Below are positions 1 to 8,441 of a stretch of DNA of 64,000 nucleotides, one piece after another. This stretch comes from Eubacteriales bacterium. GTDB taxonomy: Bacteria > Bacillota > Clostridia > Oscillospirales > CAG-272. The stretch's first letter is position 1, and the number at the start of each line of letters is the position of its first letter. The translations under genes and the position numbers were made by a program. Under the pieces are notes generated by a model, which saw only the letters and a list, made by a program, of their open reading frames with translations, searched no databases and had not been told where the DNA came from. The stretch covers positions 293 through 64,292 of the forward strand of contig JAZQGJ010000070.1 of assembly GCA_045539995.1 (NCBI GenBank). Direction: 5' to 3'.

Positions 1-2
1 TG

Positions 3-74
3 TTGTATGGCATCAAGGAGCAGAAAAGATACACGCTATCGCGTGATGCCATACCAAGTCTGCGACTTGAATAA
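3..74 (+). CDS. 3' end of an upstream CDS cut by the window edge (..LYGIKEQKRYTLSRDAIPSLRLE*)
   Basis: Frame 3 is open from the window edge and stops at TAA 72-74, directly before the hairpin terminator. 23 residues are too few to identify the protein. Confidence 0.3.
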   Translation: MYGIKEQKRYTLSRDAIPSLRLE

Positions 75-107
75 AAAATCGACTTGTTCTAACAAGTCGA
101 TTTTTTT
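73..107. terminator. bidirectional intrinsic terminator
   Basis: aaaaaaTCGACTTGTTctAACAAGTCGAttttttt: a perfect inverted repeat flanked by an A-run and a T-run. It serves the upstream plus-strand gene and tRNA-Arg on the minus strand. Confidence 0.75.
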
Positions 108-183
108 GGCCCGCTTGACAGGATTCGAACCTGCGACCATCGGAATCGGAATCCGGTACTCTATCCGGCTGAGCTACAAGCGG
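107..183 (-). tRNA. tRNA-Arg (anticodon CCG)
   Basis: The reverse complement reads CCGCUUG-UA-GCUC..GAGU-A-CCGGA-UUCCGAU-UCCGA-..GCAGG-UUCGAAU-CCUGU-CAAGCGG-G-CCA. This gives a cloverleaf, a T-loop GGTTCGAATCC, an encoded CCA and the anticodon loop UU-CCG-AU. Confidence 0.88.
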
Positions 184-338
184 AAATATAAGGTTTTTGC
201 TTTGAAAAATTTTACCTTTATAATTATAGCATTTTCTTTCGATTTATAAGCATGTTTTGTAAAAACATTTTGTTTCTATTGACTTATTTTTCATAATATG
301 ATAGAATAATAGCGTTATGAAAAATAAGGAGAAAGAAA

Positions 339-1577
339 ATGGATTTTTTTAATGAATTAGAGAAATATGACAGTGAAGTTTTTGACGCTTGCTCTCTTGA
401 GCTTAAAAGACAGAAGCATAATATCGAGCTTATCGCTTCTGAGAATATAGTTTCTCGCGCAGTATTACTTGCGATGGGAAGTGTTCTTACGAACAAGTAT
501 GCTGAGGGTTATCCCGGAAAGAGATATTACGGTGGCTGCGAGTGCGTCGATATAGTTGAGAATATCGCAAGGGAAAGAGCAAAAAAGCTTTTCGGCGCTG
601 AGCATGCGAACGTTCAGCCTCATAGCGGCGCTTCGGCAAATCTCGCGGTGTTTTTTGCGTTGCTCGAATGCGGCGACACTGTAATGGGCTTGAACCTCGC
701 GCACGGTGGACATCTTTCACACGGCTCGCCTGTAAATATATCGGGTAAGTATTTCAATATCGTTCCTTACGGTGTTAATAAAGAAACGGAAACTCTCGAT
801 TATGAGGAAATGCGTAAGATAGCGCTTGAATGTAAGCCTAAGATGATTATCGCGGGCGCGAGCGCATATTCAAGAACGATTGATTTCGCAAAAATAAGAG
901 AGATAGCAGACGAGGTAGGCGCATATCTTATGGTAGATATGGCTCACATCGCAGGTCTTGTTGCGGCAGGCTTGCATCCTAATCCCGTGCCTTACGCAGA
1001 CGTTGTTACAACTACGACTCATAAAACTCTGCGCGGTCCTCGCGGCGGACTTATTCTGTGCCGTGAAGCTCTTGCTAAGCAGATAGATAAGGCGATATTC
1101 CCGGGTACTCAAGGCGGTCCTCTTATGCACATAATCGCCGCTAAAGCGGTTGCTTTGGGGGAAGCGCTTACCGATGAATTTAAAGAGTATCAGAAACAGG
1201 TAATAAAGAACTCAAACGCATTCAGCAAGGCGCTGATGGAAGAGGGCTTCCGCGTTGTTTCTGGTGGCACGGACAATCACCTGAGTCTTATAGATTTAAG
1301 ACCCTTCAAAATTACAGGCAAGGAATTTGAAAAGAGACTCGATGACGTGCATATTACCGTAAACAAGAACGCTATTCCCGACGATCCCGAAAGTCCCTTC
1401 ATCACAAGCGGTATCCGTGTAGGTACTCCTGCAGTTACCACAAGAGGCTTTAAGGAAGACGAAATGCGTAAGATAGCAAAGTGGATGCGTGATATCGCCA
1501 CGGATTACGAGGGTAATCGCGACAGAATAAGAGAAGAGGTCATCGCCCTCTGCGAGAAATTCCCGATTTACGAATAA
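339..1577 (+). CDS. glyA: serine hydroxymethyltransferase
   Basis: 412 aa. Typical SHMT sequence ([14 protein letters not shown].., [17 protein letters not shown]-lysine motif). RBS AAGGAG upstream. Confidence 0.97.
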   Translation: MDFFNELEKYDSEVFDACSLELKRQKHNIELIASENIVSRAVLLAMGSVLTNKYAEGYPGKRYYGGCECVDIVENIARERAKKLFGAEHANVQPHSGASANLAVFFALLECGDTVMGLNLAHGGHLSHGSPVNISGKYFNIVPYGVNKETETLDYEEMRKIALECKPKMIIAGASAYSRTIDFAKIREIADEVGAYLMVDMAHIAGLVAAGLHPNPVPYADVVTTTTHKTLRGPRGGLILCREALAKQIDKAIFPGTQGGPLMHIIAAKAVALGEALTDEFKEYQKQVIKNSNAFSKALMEEGFRVVSGGTDNHLSLIDLRPFKITGKEFEKRLDDVHITVNKNAIPDDPESPFITSGIRVGTPAVTTRGFKEDEMRKIAKWMRDIATDYEGNRDRIREEVIALCEKFPIYE

Positions 1578-1603
1578 TCGGAAATATATAAAAGATATAT
1601 AAA

Positions 1604-1646
1604 AGCCGTTGCACAGTTGCTTGTGCAACGGCTCTCACTTTTTTGA
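1604..1646. terminator. bidirectional intrinsic terminator (glyA / ispH-rpsA)
   Basis: AGCCGTTGCACA-gttgct-TGTGCAACGGCT is a 12-bp stem. A T-run lies downstream on plus and a T-rich stretch downstream on minus. Confidence 0.75.
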
Positions 1647-1673
1647 TGGTTTTGCGTGAAAGCTAAAAAGCTT

Positions 1674-3770
1674 TTAGTCGATAACTTTAACTATATAGGG
1701 AGCCATCTCAGCCTCGAGCTGAGCTCTTTCCTCAGCCGCAGCCTTCTGGGCGGCAATTCTTTCAGCTCTTTCAGCCTCTCTCTGAGCCTTTTCAGCTTCT
1801 CTGCGAGCCTTTTCCTCGGCAATTCTCGGATTTTCAACAAGCGCCTTCATAGAAAGGCTGAGCTTGCGATTTTCGTCGTCAATCTCTGTAATCTTAACGT
1901 CAACCTCTTGACCTACGGAAAGAACGTCCTTGGGATTTTCAATTCTGTCGTGAGAGATCTTGGAAATGTGAATGAGACCGTCAACGCCCTCATAAACCTC
2001 AGCAAACGCGCCGAAGGGCATAACGTTTACTATCTTAGCCTTGCATACGTCGCCTACCTGGAACTTCTGGGTAAACTGATACCAGCTATCCATTTCCTGT
2101 GTCTTGTAGCCGAGAGAAATGCGCTTCTTCTCAACGTCAAATTCCTTTACAAATACGTCGATCTGCTGACCGATTTCAAGAATCTGTGAGGGGTGCTTGA
2201 TACGCTTCCAGGAAAGCTCGGTGTTATGAACCATACCGTCAATTCCGCCGAGATCAACAAAAGCGCCGTAGTTTACGAAGTTCTTGACAGTACCCATATA
2301 GTGCTTGCCGACTTCTACCTCAGCCCAAGCAGCAGCTTCCTTTTCCTTGCGCTCTTCGTTAATGATAACCTTTATGGAAGCGATTGCCTTCTTGTGCTTT
2401 TCATCAATGTCGATAAGTCTTACGCGCTGCGTGCTTCCTACGAGGCAAGAGAAGTCAGTCTCCTTTGCAAGACCTGTCTGGGAAGCGGGGATAAATACCT
2501 CAATTCCGTCGAGGGAAATGATTACGCCGCCCTTGATTGCCTTTGTGATTTCGCCTTCAAGAATGGGATTTTCCTTGTATTTTTCACACAATTCAAGCCA
2601 GTTCTTGTCTGCGTCTACTCTCTTTTTCGAAAGAGTAGCAGTTCCTTTTCCGTCCTCAACTCTGATAACGAAGGCGGTTATTTCTTCGCCCGTCTTAAAC
2701 ATCTTACGCAGGTCGGCAGAGTTGTCATCGGTGATATGCTCACGCGGAATGACACCGGTTACCTTGGTACCGAGGTCAACGTAGACTTCATTGTCTGAAA
2801 TCGCTGTTACGATACCGTGCACTGTTTCCCCTGTATGTAAAGTTTTGAGTGAGTCCTCCAACATCTGTTCAAAATTTTCGATGCTCATGTTTTTATAAAC
2901 CTCCATTATTATACCGTTCGGGGTTGATGCCCCGGCGGTTATTGCTATTTTAAAGCTGTGACCTAACTTGCTTCTATCTATTTCCTGTGCCGTTTCTACC
3001 CACTGCGTGTTGGGGCAAAGCGTTCTGCATAGCTCGAAAAGCTTTCGGGTGTTAGAGCTTGCCTTACCCCCGATTACGATTACCGCGTCAGAAACTTTCG
3101 CAAGCTCAACGGCTTCGTTCTGCCTGTTTTCAGTCACACTGCATATTGTATCAAAAAAAATCGCATTTGTATATAGTTTTTTGAAAATTTTTTGTGTTTT
3201 TTCCCACAATTTTAAACTTTGTGTAGTTTGAGCTGCAAAAACCAGTTTTTTTTGTGTAAAATCACCATTGGAAATCAGTTTTTCAAGGTCCTCGTCGGAG
3301 GAAATTATTTTGTACTCGCCCTTAACGTAGCTCAGTATCCCTTGCACCTCGGGGTGATTTTCAGTCCCAAGCAGAACGAGCATAGAATTCTCCGACGTGT
3401 TTTGCTCTGCCGTCTTATGAATTCGTTTTACAAAAGGACAGGTCATATCCACTATTTTAAAATTTGGGTTTTGCGCTTGCGCGCTTCGAAGAAGCTCTTC
3501 GCTTTCCTTAGGAATGCCGTGAGTACGGATAATTATATACACGCTCTTGTCACTTGGAATGCTTTTTGAAAGCGCTATAGCGTCCTGAATGCTTATCCCG
3601 AATACGCCTTGACTTTCGAGTGATTTTATATACGTGTCATTGTGTATGAGGTTTCCCAGAGTATAAATTTCGGTGTTGCCGTCTTTGTTTTTTATAAGCT
3701 CTTCGACGAAATCCGTCGCGCGCTTGACACCAAAGCAGAAGCCTGCATTTTCAGCTACAGTTATTTTCAT
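1674..3770 (-). CDS. ispH: fusion protein: 4-hydroxy-3-methylbut-2-enyl diphosphate reductase (IspH/LytB) + ribosomal protein S1 (four S1 domains)
   Basis: 698 aa. The N-terminal ~280 aa is IspH-like (MKITVAENAGFCFGVKRA..). The C-terminal part has four S1 repeats and a Glu/Ala/Lys/Arg-rich tail. This fusion is known in Clostridia. Confidence 0.92.
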   Translation of the reverse strand: MKITVAENAGFCFGVKRATDFVEELIKNKDGNTEIYTLGNLIHNDTYIKSLESQGVFGISIQDAIALSKSIPSDKSVYIIIRTHGIPKESEELLRSAQAQNPNFKIVDMTCPFVKRIHKTAEQNTSENSMLVLLGTENHPEVQGILSYVKGEYKIISSDEDLEKLISNGDFTQKKLVFAAQTTQSLKLWEKTQKIFKKLYTNAIFFDTICSVTENRQNEAVELAKVSDAVIVIGGKASSNTRKLFELCRTLCPNTQWVETAQEIDRSKLGHSFKIAITAGASTPNGIIMEVYKNMSIENFEQMLEDSLKTLHTGETVHGIVTAISDNEVYVDLGTKVTGVIPREHITDDNSADLRKMFKTGEEITAFVIRVEDGKGTATLSKKRVDADKNWLELCEKYKENPILEGEITKAIKGGVIISLDGIEVFIPASQTGLAKETDFSCLVGSTQRVRLIDIDEKHKKAIASIKVIINEERKEKEAAAWAEVEVGKHYMGTVKNFVNYGAFVDLGGIDGMVHNTELSWKRIKHPSQILEIGQQIDVFVKEFDVEKKRISLGYKTQEMDSWYQFTQKFQVGDVCKAKIVNVMPFGAFAEVYEGVDGLIHISKISHDRIENPKDVLSVGQEVDVKITEIDDENRKLSLSMKALVENPRIAEEKARREAEKAQREAERAERIAAQKAAAEERAQLEAEMAPYIVKVID

Positions 3771-5089
3771 CAGCAGCCTTTATCCTCTGTTTTTGTTTTT
3801 TTAGCTGAAAAATCGCCTAAACGGCATATCTCTTTAAAGACCTTTTCGGTAGCCGCCTGATATTCGTTGTTGCCGCCCTTTTCAAAGCCAAGCTCGCTGT
3901 AGGGAATAGGCTTTCCGATTATAATATCTACGCGACGAAAGAGCGCATATTTTTGCTTCTTCATTTTAACACAAACGGGAAGCATAGGGGCTTTCGCATA
4001 ATAAGCTATCATGCCCGCGCCACTCTTTATAGGAGTCTCTGCGGGATTTTTCCCCTTCTGGCGAGTTCCTTGAGGGAAAACGGCGACAAGCTCGCCGCTT
4101 TTAAGGAGACTCACGGATTTTTTTATTGCGCTTATATCGCTTCCGCCTCGGTCTAATTTACAAGCGCCGAGAGCAATTATCAAACTCTTAAGCAGAGGAA
4201 TTTTGAAAAGCTCTGCCTTCGCAAGATAACGAAGTCTTCTTTCTCTAGGGAAGCAAGCCGAAATCGCCAAAACGTCAAAAAGAGCTACGTGATTTGCGCA
4301 AACTACGCATCCGTTATATTCCGGCACGTTTTCATAGCCCGTCGTTCTTAAATTCATAAAAAACTTAAAAATCCCCGAAAAAAAGCTGTAAAAATTACGG
4401 TAGAAGCGCGTCTGCTGTGTCGTTTTACGCGTATTTTCGTTTATTATTCTCACAGCCTCGTCTATAGTTTCTTCGACACTCAGATTTGAATTGTCGAGAA
4501 TTATAGCGTCCTTTGCGGCAACCGCAGGCGCAACGCTTCGGGTACTGTCGTTTTCGTCTCGCTCTCTCATATCGCTTAAAACGTCTTCAAGCGTCGTCTC
4601 AATGCCCTTTTGCTTTAATTCCTCATATCTGCGCTTCGCTCTTGCTTCAATGGAAGCCGTCAGAAAGATTTTAACGTCGGCATCGGGGAATATAACGGTA
4701 CCTATATCACGTCCGTCCATTATTACGTCGCTCGTTTTCGCAATAGAGCGCTGAGTGTCAAGCAGAAAAGCTCTTACCTCAGGAATAGCGGAAACCTTGG
4801 ATGCGTACATCGAAATTTCAGGGGTTCTGATTTGTCCGTTCACGTCCTCGTCGCAAAGCATAACGTGCTGCTCTCCGTTTTCAAAGCGAAGGTCAAGAGA
4901 GATGTTTGGAAGCTCGTTAATTACCGATACCGAATCATCGGGGCTTATGTCCTTTCGCCTTATATATAGCCCGATAGAGCGATAAAGCGCTCCCGTATCA
5001 ACGTAAACAATATTCATTTTTGCCGCAACTGCTTTGGCTAAGCTGCTCTTGCCTGCGCCACTTGGTCCGTCAACTGCAATTTTTATCAT
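3770..5089 (-). CDS. cmk: fusion protein: cytidylate kinase + 1-acyl-sn-glycerol-3-phosphate acyltransferase-like (LPLAT) domain
   Basis: 439 aa. The N-terminus has the Cmk P-loop GPSGAGKSS and DTGALYR. The C-terminus has the acyltransferase motifs NHVALFD (HX4D) and FPQGTR. Its stop overlaps the ispH start by 1 nt. Confidence 0.88.
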   Translation of the reverse strand: MIKIAVDGPSGAGKSSLAKAVAAKMNIVYVDTGALYRSIGLYIRRKDISPDDSVSVINELPNISLDLRFENGEQHVMLCDEDVNGQIRTPEISMYASKVSAIPEVRAFLLDTQRSIAKTSDVIMDGRDIGTVIFPDADVKIFLTASIEARAKRRYEELKQKGIETTLEDVLSDMRERDENDSTRSVAPAVAAKDAIILDNSNLSVEETIDEAVRIINENTRKTTQQTRFYRNFYSFFSGIFKFFMNLRTTGYENVPEYNGCVVCANHVALFDVLAISACFPRERRLRYLAKAELFKIPLLKSLIIALGACKLDRGGSDISAIKKSVSLLKSGELVAVFPQGTRQKGKNPAETPIKSGAGMIAYYAKAPMLPVCVKMKKQKYALFRRVDIIIGKPIPYSELGFEKGGNNEYQAATEKVFKEICRLGDFSAKKTKTEDKGC

Positions 5090-5103
5090 ATAATATCCTT
5101 TCT

Positions 5104-6342
5104 TTATTGCGTAGATGCGCTTTTTCCCGCAATATATGCGCTTGAAAAGGCAATCTGTAAATTAAACCCGCCTGTATAGGCATCTACGTCAAGAATTTCT
5201 CCTGCAAAGTATAGGTTCTCCGTCAGGCGAGACATCATAGTTTTTGGTGATATCTCCTTTACGTTTACTCCTCCTGAGGTGATTATAGCTTCCTCTATCG
5301 GACGGAAGCCGAGAACTTCAAATTCCCAGCCCTTTAACAGAGCGAGAATTTTCGCTCGCTCGGCTTTCGTTATTGAATTCACCTTTTTTGTCGGCGGTAT
5401 ATTGGTCCTTTCAATAAAGACCTGTATCATTTTAGAGGGAAGCAGGTCGCAAAGCGCATTGGCGAAATCCCTGTTTGCGTATTTTTCAAAGTCGGACAAA
5501 AGACGCAAATCAAGTTGCTTCTCGTCAAGCGCGGGCTTCATGTCAATTCTGAGCCTTAACCGATTTAATGCAACGCCCCTTATATGCGCGGACGCGCTTA
5601 AAATCATAGGTCCGCTTACGCCAAAATGAGTGAAAAGCATCTCTCCGAAATCGGTATATATTACCTTTCCGCTTTCCTTGTCTGTTATTGAAAGACCCAC
5701 GTTTTTAAGAGAAAGTCCCTGCATATTACGGCATTCATCGCCCTTTATTTCTAACGGAACAAGAGAGGGGATTATATCCGTTACAGTATGCCCCGCTTCC
5801 TTTGCGAGCTTGTAGCCAAAGCCGTCAGAGCCTGTCCTCTGATACGACATACCACCTGTGGCTATTATAACCGCATCAAAAAAGTAACTTTTGTTCGTTC
5901 TCAGTCCCGTGATTTTTCCGTCCTCTATAATCAGAGAAGTGACCTTTTCGTGAATGATTTCAGCGCCGCTTATGTATTTTTTTAGCGCGTTTACAATATC
6001 GGACGCACGGTCGGAAACAGGGAAAACTCTGTTTCCTCTTTCGGTTTTTAGAGCGACACCGAGCCCTTCAAAAAGCGACATTGTGGATTCAGTATTGAAT
6101 TCAGAGAGCGAAGCGTACATAAAACGGGGATTTTTCGTAATGTTGTTCATAAATTCCTCGTTTGAGCAATTGTTCGTTACGTTACATCTTCCTTTTCCCG
6201 TAATAAGCAGCTTCTTGCCTAAAATGGCGTTCTTTTCAAATATCGTAACACAAGCGCCGTATTGCAGGGCAGTACCCGCCGCAAGCATTCCCGCAGCCCC
6301 TCCGCCTACTATAGCAATTCTTTTCGCGTTATCTTTTTGCAT
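5104..6342 (-). CDS. NAD(P)/FAD-dependent oxidoreductase, HI0933/BaiN-like flavoprotein
   Basis: 412 aa. The N-terminal dinucleotide fold IAIVGGGAAGMLAA and the ITGKGRCNVTN motif are typical of the HI0933 family. Confidence 0.85.
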   Translation of the reverse strand: MQKDNAKRIAIVGGGAAGMLAAGTALQYGACVTIFEKNAILGKKLLITGKGRCNVTNNCSNEEFMNNITKNPRFMYASLSEFNTESTMSLFEGLGVALKTERGNRVFPVSDRASDIVNALKKYISGAEIIHEKVTSLIIEDGKITGLRTNKSYFFDAVIIATGGMSYQRTGSDGFGYKLAKEAGHTVTDIIPSLVPLEIKGDECRNMQGLSLKNVGLSITDKESGKVIYTDFGEMLFTHFGVSGPMILSASAHIRGVALNRLRLRIDMKPALDEKQLDLRLLSDFEKYANRDFANALCDLLPSKMIQVFIERTNIPPTKKVNSITKAERAKILALLKGWEFEVLGFRPIEEAIITSGGVNVKEISPKTMMSRLTENLYFAGEILDVDAYTGGFNLQIAFSSAYIAGKSASTQ

Positions 6343-7186
6343 ATATTTCGTATTCTTCCCAGATTCTTTCGAGCTTTTCGAAGCGTTCCTTGACCTCGTC
6401 TTGCTTCAGCTTCGTTATTTGAACAAGCATAGCGTTAATTATGCTGAGAGGCGCGACGAGTGAATCAACGTATGACGCCATATCACTCTGCGCTGTGAGT
6501 AGCTGGTTTGCGTATTCGGCAATAGGTGCGCTTTTGCTGTCCGTAAGTGCGATAACGTCGGCGCCCTGCGATCTCGCGTATTTTACCGCGCTGACCGCCA
6601 TTGAGGAATATCTCGGAAAGCTGATGGCTATCATAACGTCATTTTCGCTGATATTAAGCGCTTGCTCGAACACCTCGCTTGTGCCCGACGGCTGAATAAG
6701 CTTCACGTTTTCAAAAATCATGCTTAGATTGAAGTGTAAAAACGACGCAAGATATGATGAAGAACGAACGCCGAAAATATAAATTTGCTTTGCGTTTATG
6801 ATCGAATTTACTGCGGCAGAAAAATAGTCTCTGTCTATATTATCAAGCGTGTATTTTATTTTCTCTATATCTGACGTCATAACCTTTGAGAGCAGGTCTC
6901 CGTCGCCTATTCTCATATTAGTCATTTCAATTCTCTGATTAGGCGTCAAACGTGTGCGTACAAGCTCTTGTACAGCGCGCTGAAATTCGGGATACCCGTC
7001 AAAGCCCAGCTCTGTCGCAAAGCGCACGACGGTTGACTCTGAAACTCCTGCCGCTTCTCCGAGCTTTGCCGCAGTCATATACGCCGCCTTCTCGCAGCTC
7101 TGTGTTATAACGCTTGAAATTCGTTTTTGCCCCTTTGATAATGTCGGCATTTTCGCTTCTATCAGCGCAGAAATGTCGTTCGTCAT
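6329..7186 (-). CDS. MurR/RpiR family transcriptional regulator (HTH + SIS domain)
   Basis: 285 aa. N-terminal HTH_6-like region (AAKLGEAAGVSESTVVRFATELGFDGYPEF) and a C-terminal SIS domain. Confidence 0.88.
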   Translation of the reverse strand: MTNDISALIEAKMPTLSKGQKRISSVITQSCEKAAYMTAAKLGEAAGVSESTVVRFATELGFDGYPEFQRAVQELVRTRLTPNQRIEMTNMRIGDGDLLSKVMTSDIEKIKYTLDNIDRDYFSAAVNSIINAKQIYIFGVRSSSYLASFLHFNLSMIFENVKLIQPSGTSEVFEQALNISENDVMIAISFPRYSSMAVSAVKYARSQGADVIALTDSKSAPIAEYANQLLTAQSDMASYVDSLVAPLSIINAMLVQITKLKQDEVKERFEKLERIWEEYEIYAKR

Positions 7187-7243
7187 AAAAGCATCACCTT
7201 CATTCGATTTGATTTTCTACTAAATATAAATACATATGTAATT

Positions 7244-7272
7244 AGTATATCACTTTCTTGCCGTTTTTTCAA
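7244..7272 (-). promoter_or_regulatory. sigma-A type promoter of the rpiR-like gene (TTGAAA-17-TATACT)
   Basis: Minus-strand reading: cTTGAAAaaacggcaagaaagtgaTATACTaatt, about 55 nt upstream of the start codon. Confidence 0.6.
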
Positions 7273-7345
7273 GTCTTATGGTGAATATTTTTATTTTCTT
7301 ATTTGGAAATTATCAGCGCAAAATGCGCAGATATCACAGGGAAAT

Positions 7346-7417
7346 AAAAAAGAAAACCCCGATTCAGAAACCGCTACCAGCGAGACCCTCACTACGGTTT
7401 CCGAAAAGGAGTTTTCC
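7346..7417 (-). ncRNA. candidate small RNA, unit A (long hairpin + U6)
   Basis: The minus-strand RNA is GGAAAACUCCUUUUCGGAAACCG..CGGUUUCUGAAUCGGGGUUUUCUUUUUU. It has a 9-bp outer stem and an 11-bp inner stem. It starts 7-8 nt after the -10 of promoter 7424-7452 and ends in U6. No ORF or RBS. Confidence 0.45.
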
Positions 7418-7423
7418 AATAGC

Positions 7424-7452
7424 AGTATATCACAAAAAAACCGAAAAGTCAA
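7424..7452 (-). promoter_or_regulatory. sigma-A promoter of unit A (TTGACT-17-TGaTATACT)
   Basis: Minus-strand reading: ccgTTGACTtttcggtttttttgtgaTATACTgc, with a near-consensus -35 and an extended -10. Confidence 0.6.
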
Positions 7453-7506
7453 CGGTTTCTTAAAAAACGACAAATTACGGTGATCGAATGGCTTTCCCCC
7501 ACGCTC

Positions 7507-7535
7507 TTGACAACGACAGCGACGAGGGGTATAAT
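7507..7535 (+). promoter_or_regulatory. sigma-A promoter (TTGACA-17-TATAAT) driving small ORFs P1/P2
   Basis: cTTGACAacgacagcgacgaggggTATAATaaaag has perfect consensus hexamers with a 17-nt spacer. Confidence 0.65.
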
Positions 7536-7557
7536 AAAAGCAAAGGAGATGATAAAA

Positions 7558-7830
7558 ATGGTCAAAACTCCAGATTATTGGAAAGAGGAAAAATATCAAC
7601 CTCTCGTAGATGTGAAAACGATATACGGGAACACAGTAAAAATACCAGAACGCAACAAGGATTTTTGGGACTTTCAGATCAAGGGCTTTGAAGAAATAAT
7701 ATCAAAGCTGGGGAAACAGGCTGGCTTGAAGATTATCAAGGAAATGCTGGATCCGGAGATTATAATGAGAAGCTTAGAGTGCGAAGATTTATACAAAGTA
7801 ATGCTTGAAAATTATCAAAAACAGAATTAA
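7558..7830 (+). CDS. small hypothetical protein P1 (90 aa; MVKTPDYWKEEKYQPLVD..)
   Basis: ATG 7558 lies 9 nt after AAGGAG (7543-7548) and downstream of the consensus promoter. The track ORF 7480-7830 starts upstream of that promoter, so I use the shorter start. No recognisable family. Confidence 0.5.
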   Translation: MVKTPDYWKEEKYQPLVDVKTIYGNTVKIPERNKDFWDFQIKGFEEIISKLGKQAGLKIIKEMLDPEIIMRSLECEDLYKVMLENYQKQN

Positions 7831-7938
7831 AAGAAATCGATACGGACGAAAGAAAATCTTAATTTTACGCTCAAAGTGGAAGCAAATCGGTAAAGGTAAT
7901 AGATGAGGAAAACCAAACAATTGTAAAGGAAAAGGGAA

Positions 7939-8121
7939 ATGAAAAGATATAATTCTATAATGGAAATACTGAAGTCAAAGGACCTGTCATTAATCGAAAT
8001 ACAGGAAAGAATGGAAGAATACATCGCAGAGAAAGGAATGACGCCAGAGGAATTCTGCGAGACGGAGGAAGGACAGGAAATGGTGAAATTCAACGAACAA
8101 AGGTTTTGGAAGCCAATGTAA
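7939..8121 (+). CDS. small hypothetical protein P2 (60 aa, acidic, helical)
   Basis: ORF preceded by aaaggaaaagggaaATG, same strand as P1 and 108 nt downstream. No recognisable family. Confidence 0.35.
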   Translation: MKRYNSIMEILKSKDLSLIEIQERMEEYIAEKGMTPEEFCETEEGQEMVKFNEQRFWKPM

Positions 8122-8231
8122 AAAAGCCAAGAGAAAGCAACAAAATTAGCAATACTGTTAATGGCAAAAATGAACTCTTTTATTGGAATAAAAAAAGAAG
8201 TCATAGCTTTAGCATTCATTTTAGGGATAAT

Positions 8232-8301
8232 AAAAAAGTGACAACATCCCTCTTTCGCCCTGCAACAAGCAAGGCTACTCGTCAGTTGGACGCCGTCACT
8301 G
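8232..8301 (-). ncRNA. candidate small RNA, unit B (long hairpin + U-tract)
   Basis: The minus-strand RNA is cAGUGACGGCGUCCaacugacgaguagCCUUGCuuguuGCAGGGcgaaagagGGAUGUUGUCACUUUUUU. It has a 13-bp closing stem (three G.U pairs) and a 6-bp apical stem. It starts 6 nt after the -10 of promoter 8307-8334. Confidence 0.45.
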
Positions 8302-8306
8302 ATAAT

Positions 8307-8334
8307 AGTATATCACAAAATTCTAAAAAGTCAA
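8307..8334 (-). promoter_or_regulatory. sigma-A promoter of unit B (TTGACT-16-TGaTATACT)
   Basis: Minus-strand reading: tgTTGACTttttagaattttgtgaTATACTatt. Confidence 0.6.
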
Positions 8335-8389
8335 CAAAAGATTCAAAAAACGGCAAATTCCGATGACAGAATGGCTTTGCCCTATACTA

Positions 8390-8418
8390 TTGACAAAGAC
8401 GGTGACGAGGGGGATAAT
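8390..8418 (+). promoter_or_regulatory. sigma-A promoter (TTGACA-17-GATAAT) driving small ORF P3
   Basis: aTTGACAaagacggtgacgagggGGATAATga is the positional homologue of promoter 7507-7535. Confidence 0.6.
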
Positions 8419-8441
8419 GATAACAAAGGAAGTGTGATAAA

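Larger units (their letters stand above)
7424..7560. repeat. copy 1 of a ~137-bp duplicated bidirectional-promoter cassette (the full unit including the hairpin is 7338-7560)
   Basis: Aligns base-for-base with 8307-8444 at roughly three quarters identity by eye. Both copies contain a minus promoter, a conserved spacer (..aaaaaacgNcaaattNcgNtgaNNgaatggctttNccc..), a plus promoter, an RBS and an ATG. Confidence 0.85.

Noticed and set aside
5-54. An 11-bp inverted repeat GTATGGCATCA..TGATGCCATAC with an inner CACGC-uauc-GCGUG hairpin at the window edge.
   Set aside because: It lies inside the probable 3' end of a truncated CDS, and the upstream context is outside the window. It cannot be interpreted.
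7-249. An 80-aa plus-strand ORF at the window start.
   Set aside because: It reads straight through the terminator and the tRNA-Arg gene, so it is an artefact. The frame-3 fragment ending at 74 is the more plausible real CDS end.
1656-2798. Long plus-strand ORFs (177, 201 and 159 aa) antisense to ispH-rpsA. Similar shadow ORFs lie opposite pflB, htpG, clpB, relA, glgP and the MOP flippase (for example 27541-28098).
   Set aside because: They are Ser/Leu/Phe-rich, low-complexity translations without RBSs, and they overlap confidently identified genes on the other strand.
7488-7691. A conserved small ORF inside the duplicated cassette (MAFPHALDNDSDEGYN.. at 7488 and MALPYTIDKDGDEGDN.. at 8371-8475).
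   Set aside because: All 13 differing codons in the aligned part are non-synonymous and none is synonymous. The C-termini and lengths differ (67 vs 34 aa). Copy 2 lacks an RBS, and the frame contains the TTGACA/TATAAT hexamers. The conservation is at the DNA level (promoter/operator), not at the protein level.
7827-8219. A 130-aa minus-strand ORF (MNAKAMTSFFIPIKEF..) starting 12 nt after the unit B U-tract, considered as a possible hydrophobic toxin.
   Set aside because: There is no Shine-Dalgarno sequence. It is antisense to P2 and to the end of P1, and its composition is low-complexity Phe/Ile/Ser-rich, typical of the antisense frame of an AT-rich, Lys/Glu-coding region.
8232-8301. A hammerhead-ribozyme-like core in unit B (CUGACGAG - hairpin - CGAAAG) and CUGAUGAG in unit D.
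   Set aside because: There are only two helices, because the flanking arms pair with each other. There is no third stem, no UH cleavage site in the right position, and no GAAA after a stem II in unit D. Units A and C lack CUGANGA. The strings more likely reflect shared ancestry of the units.
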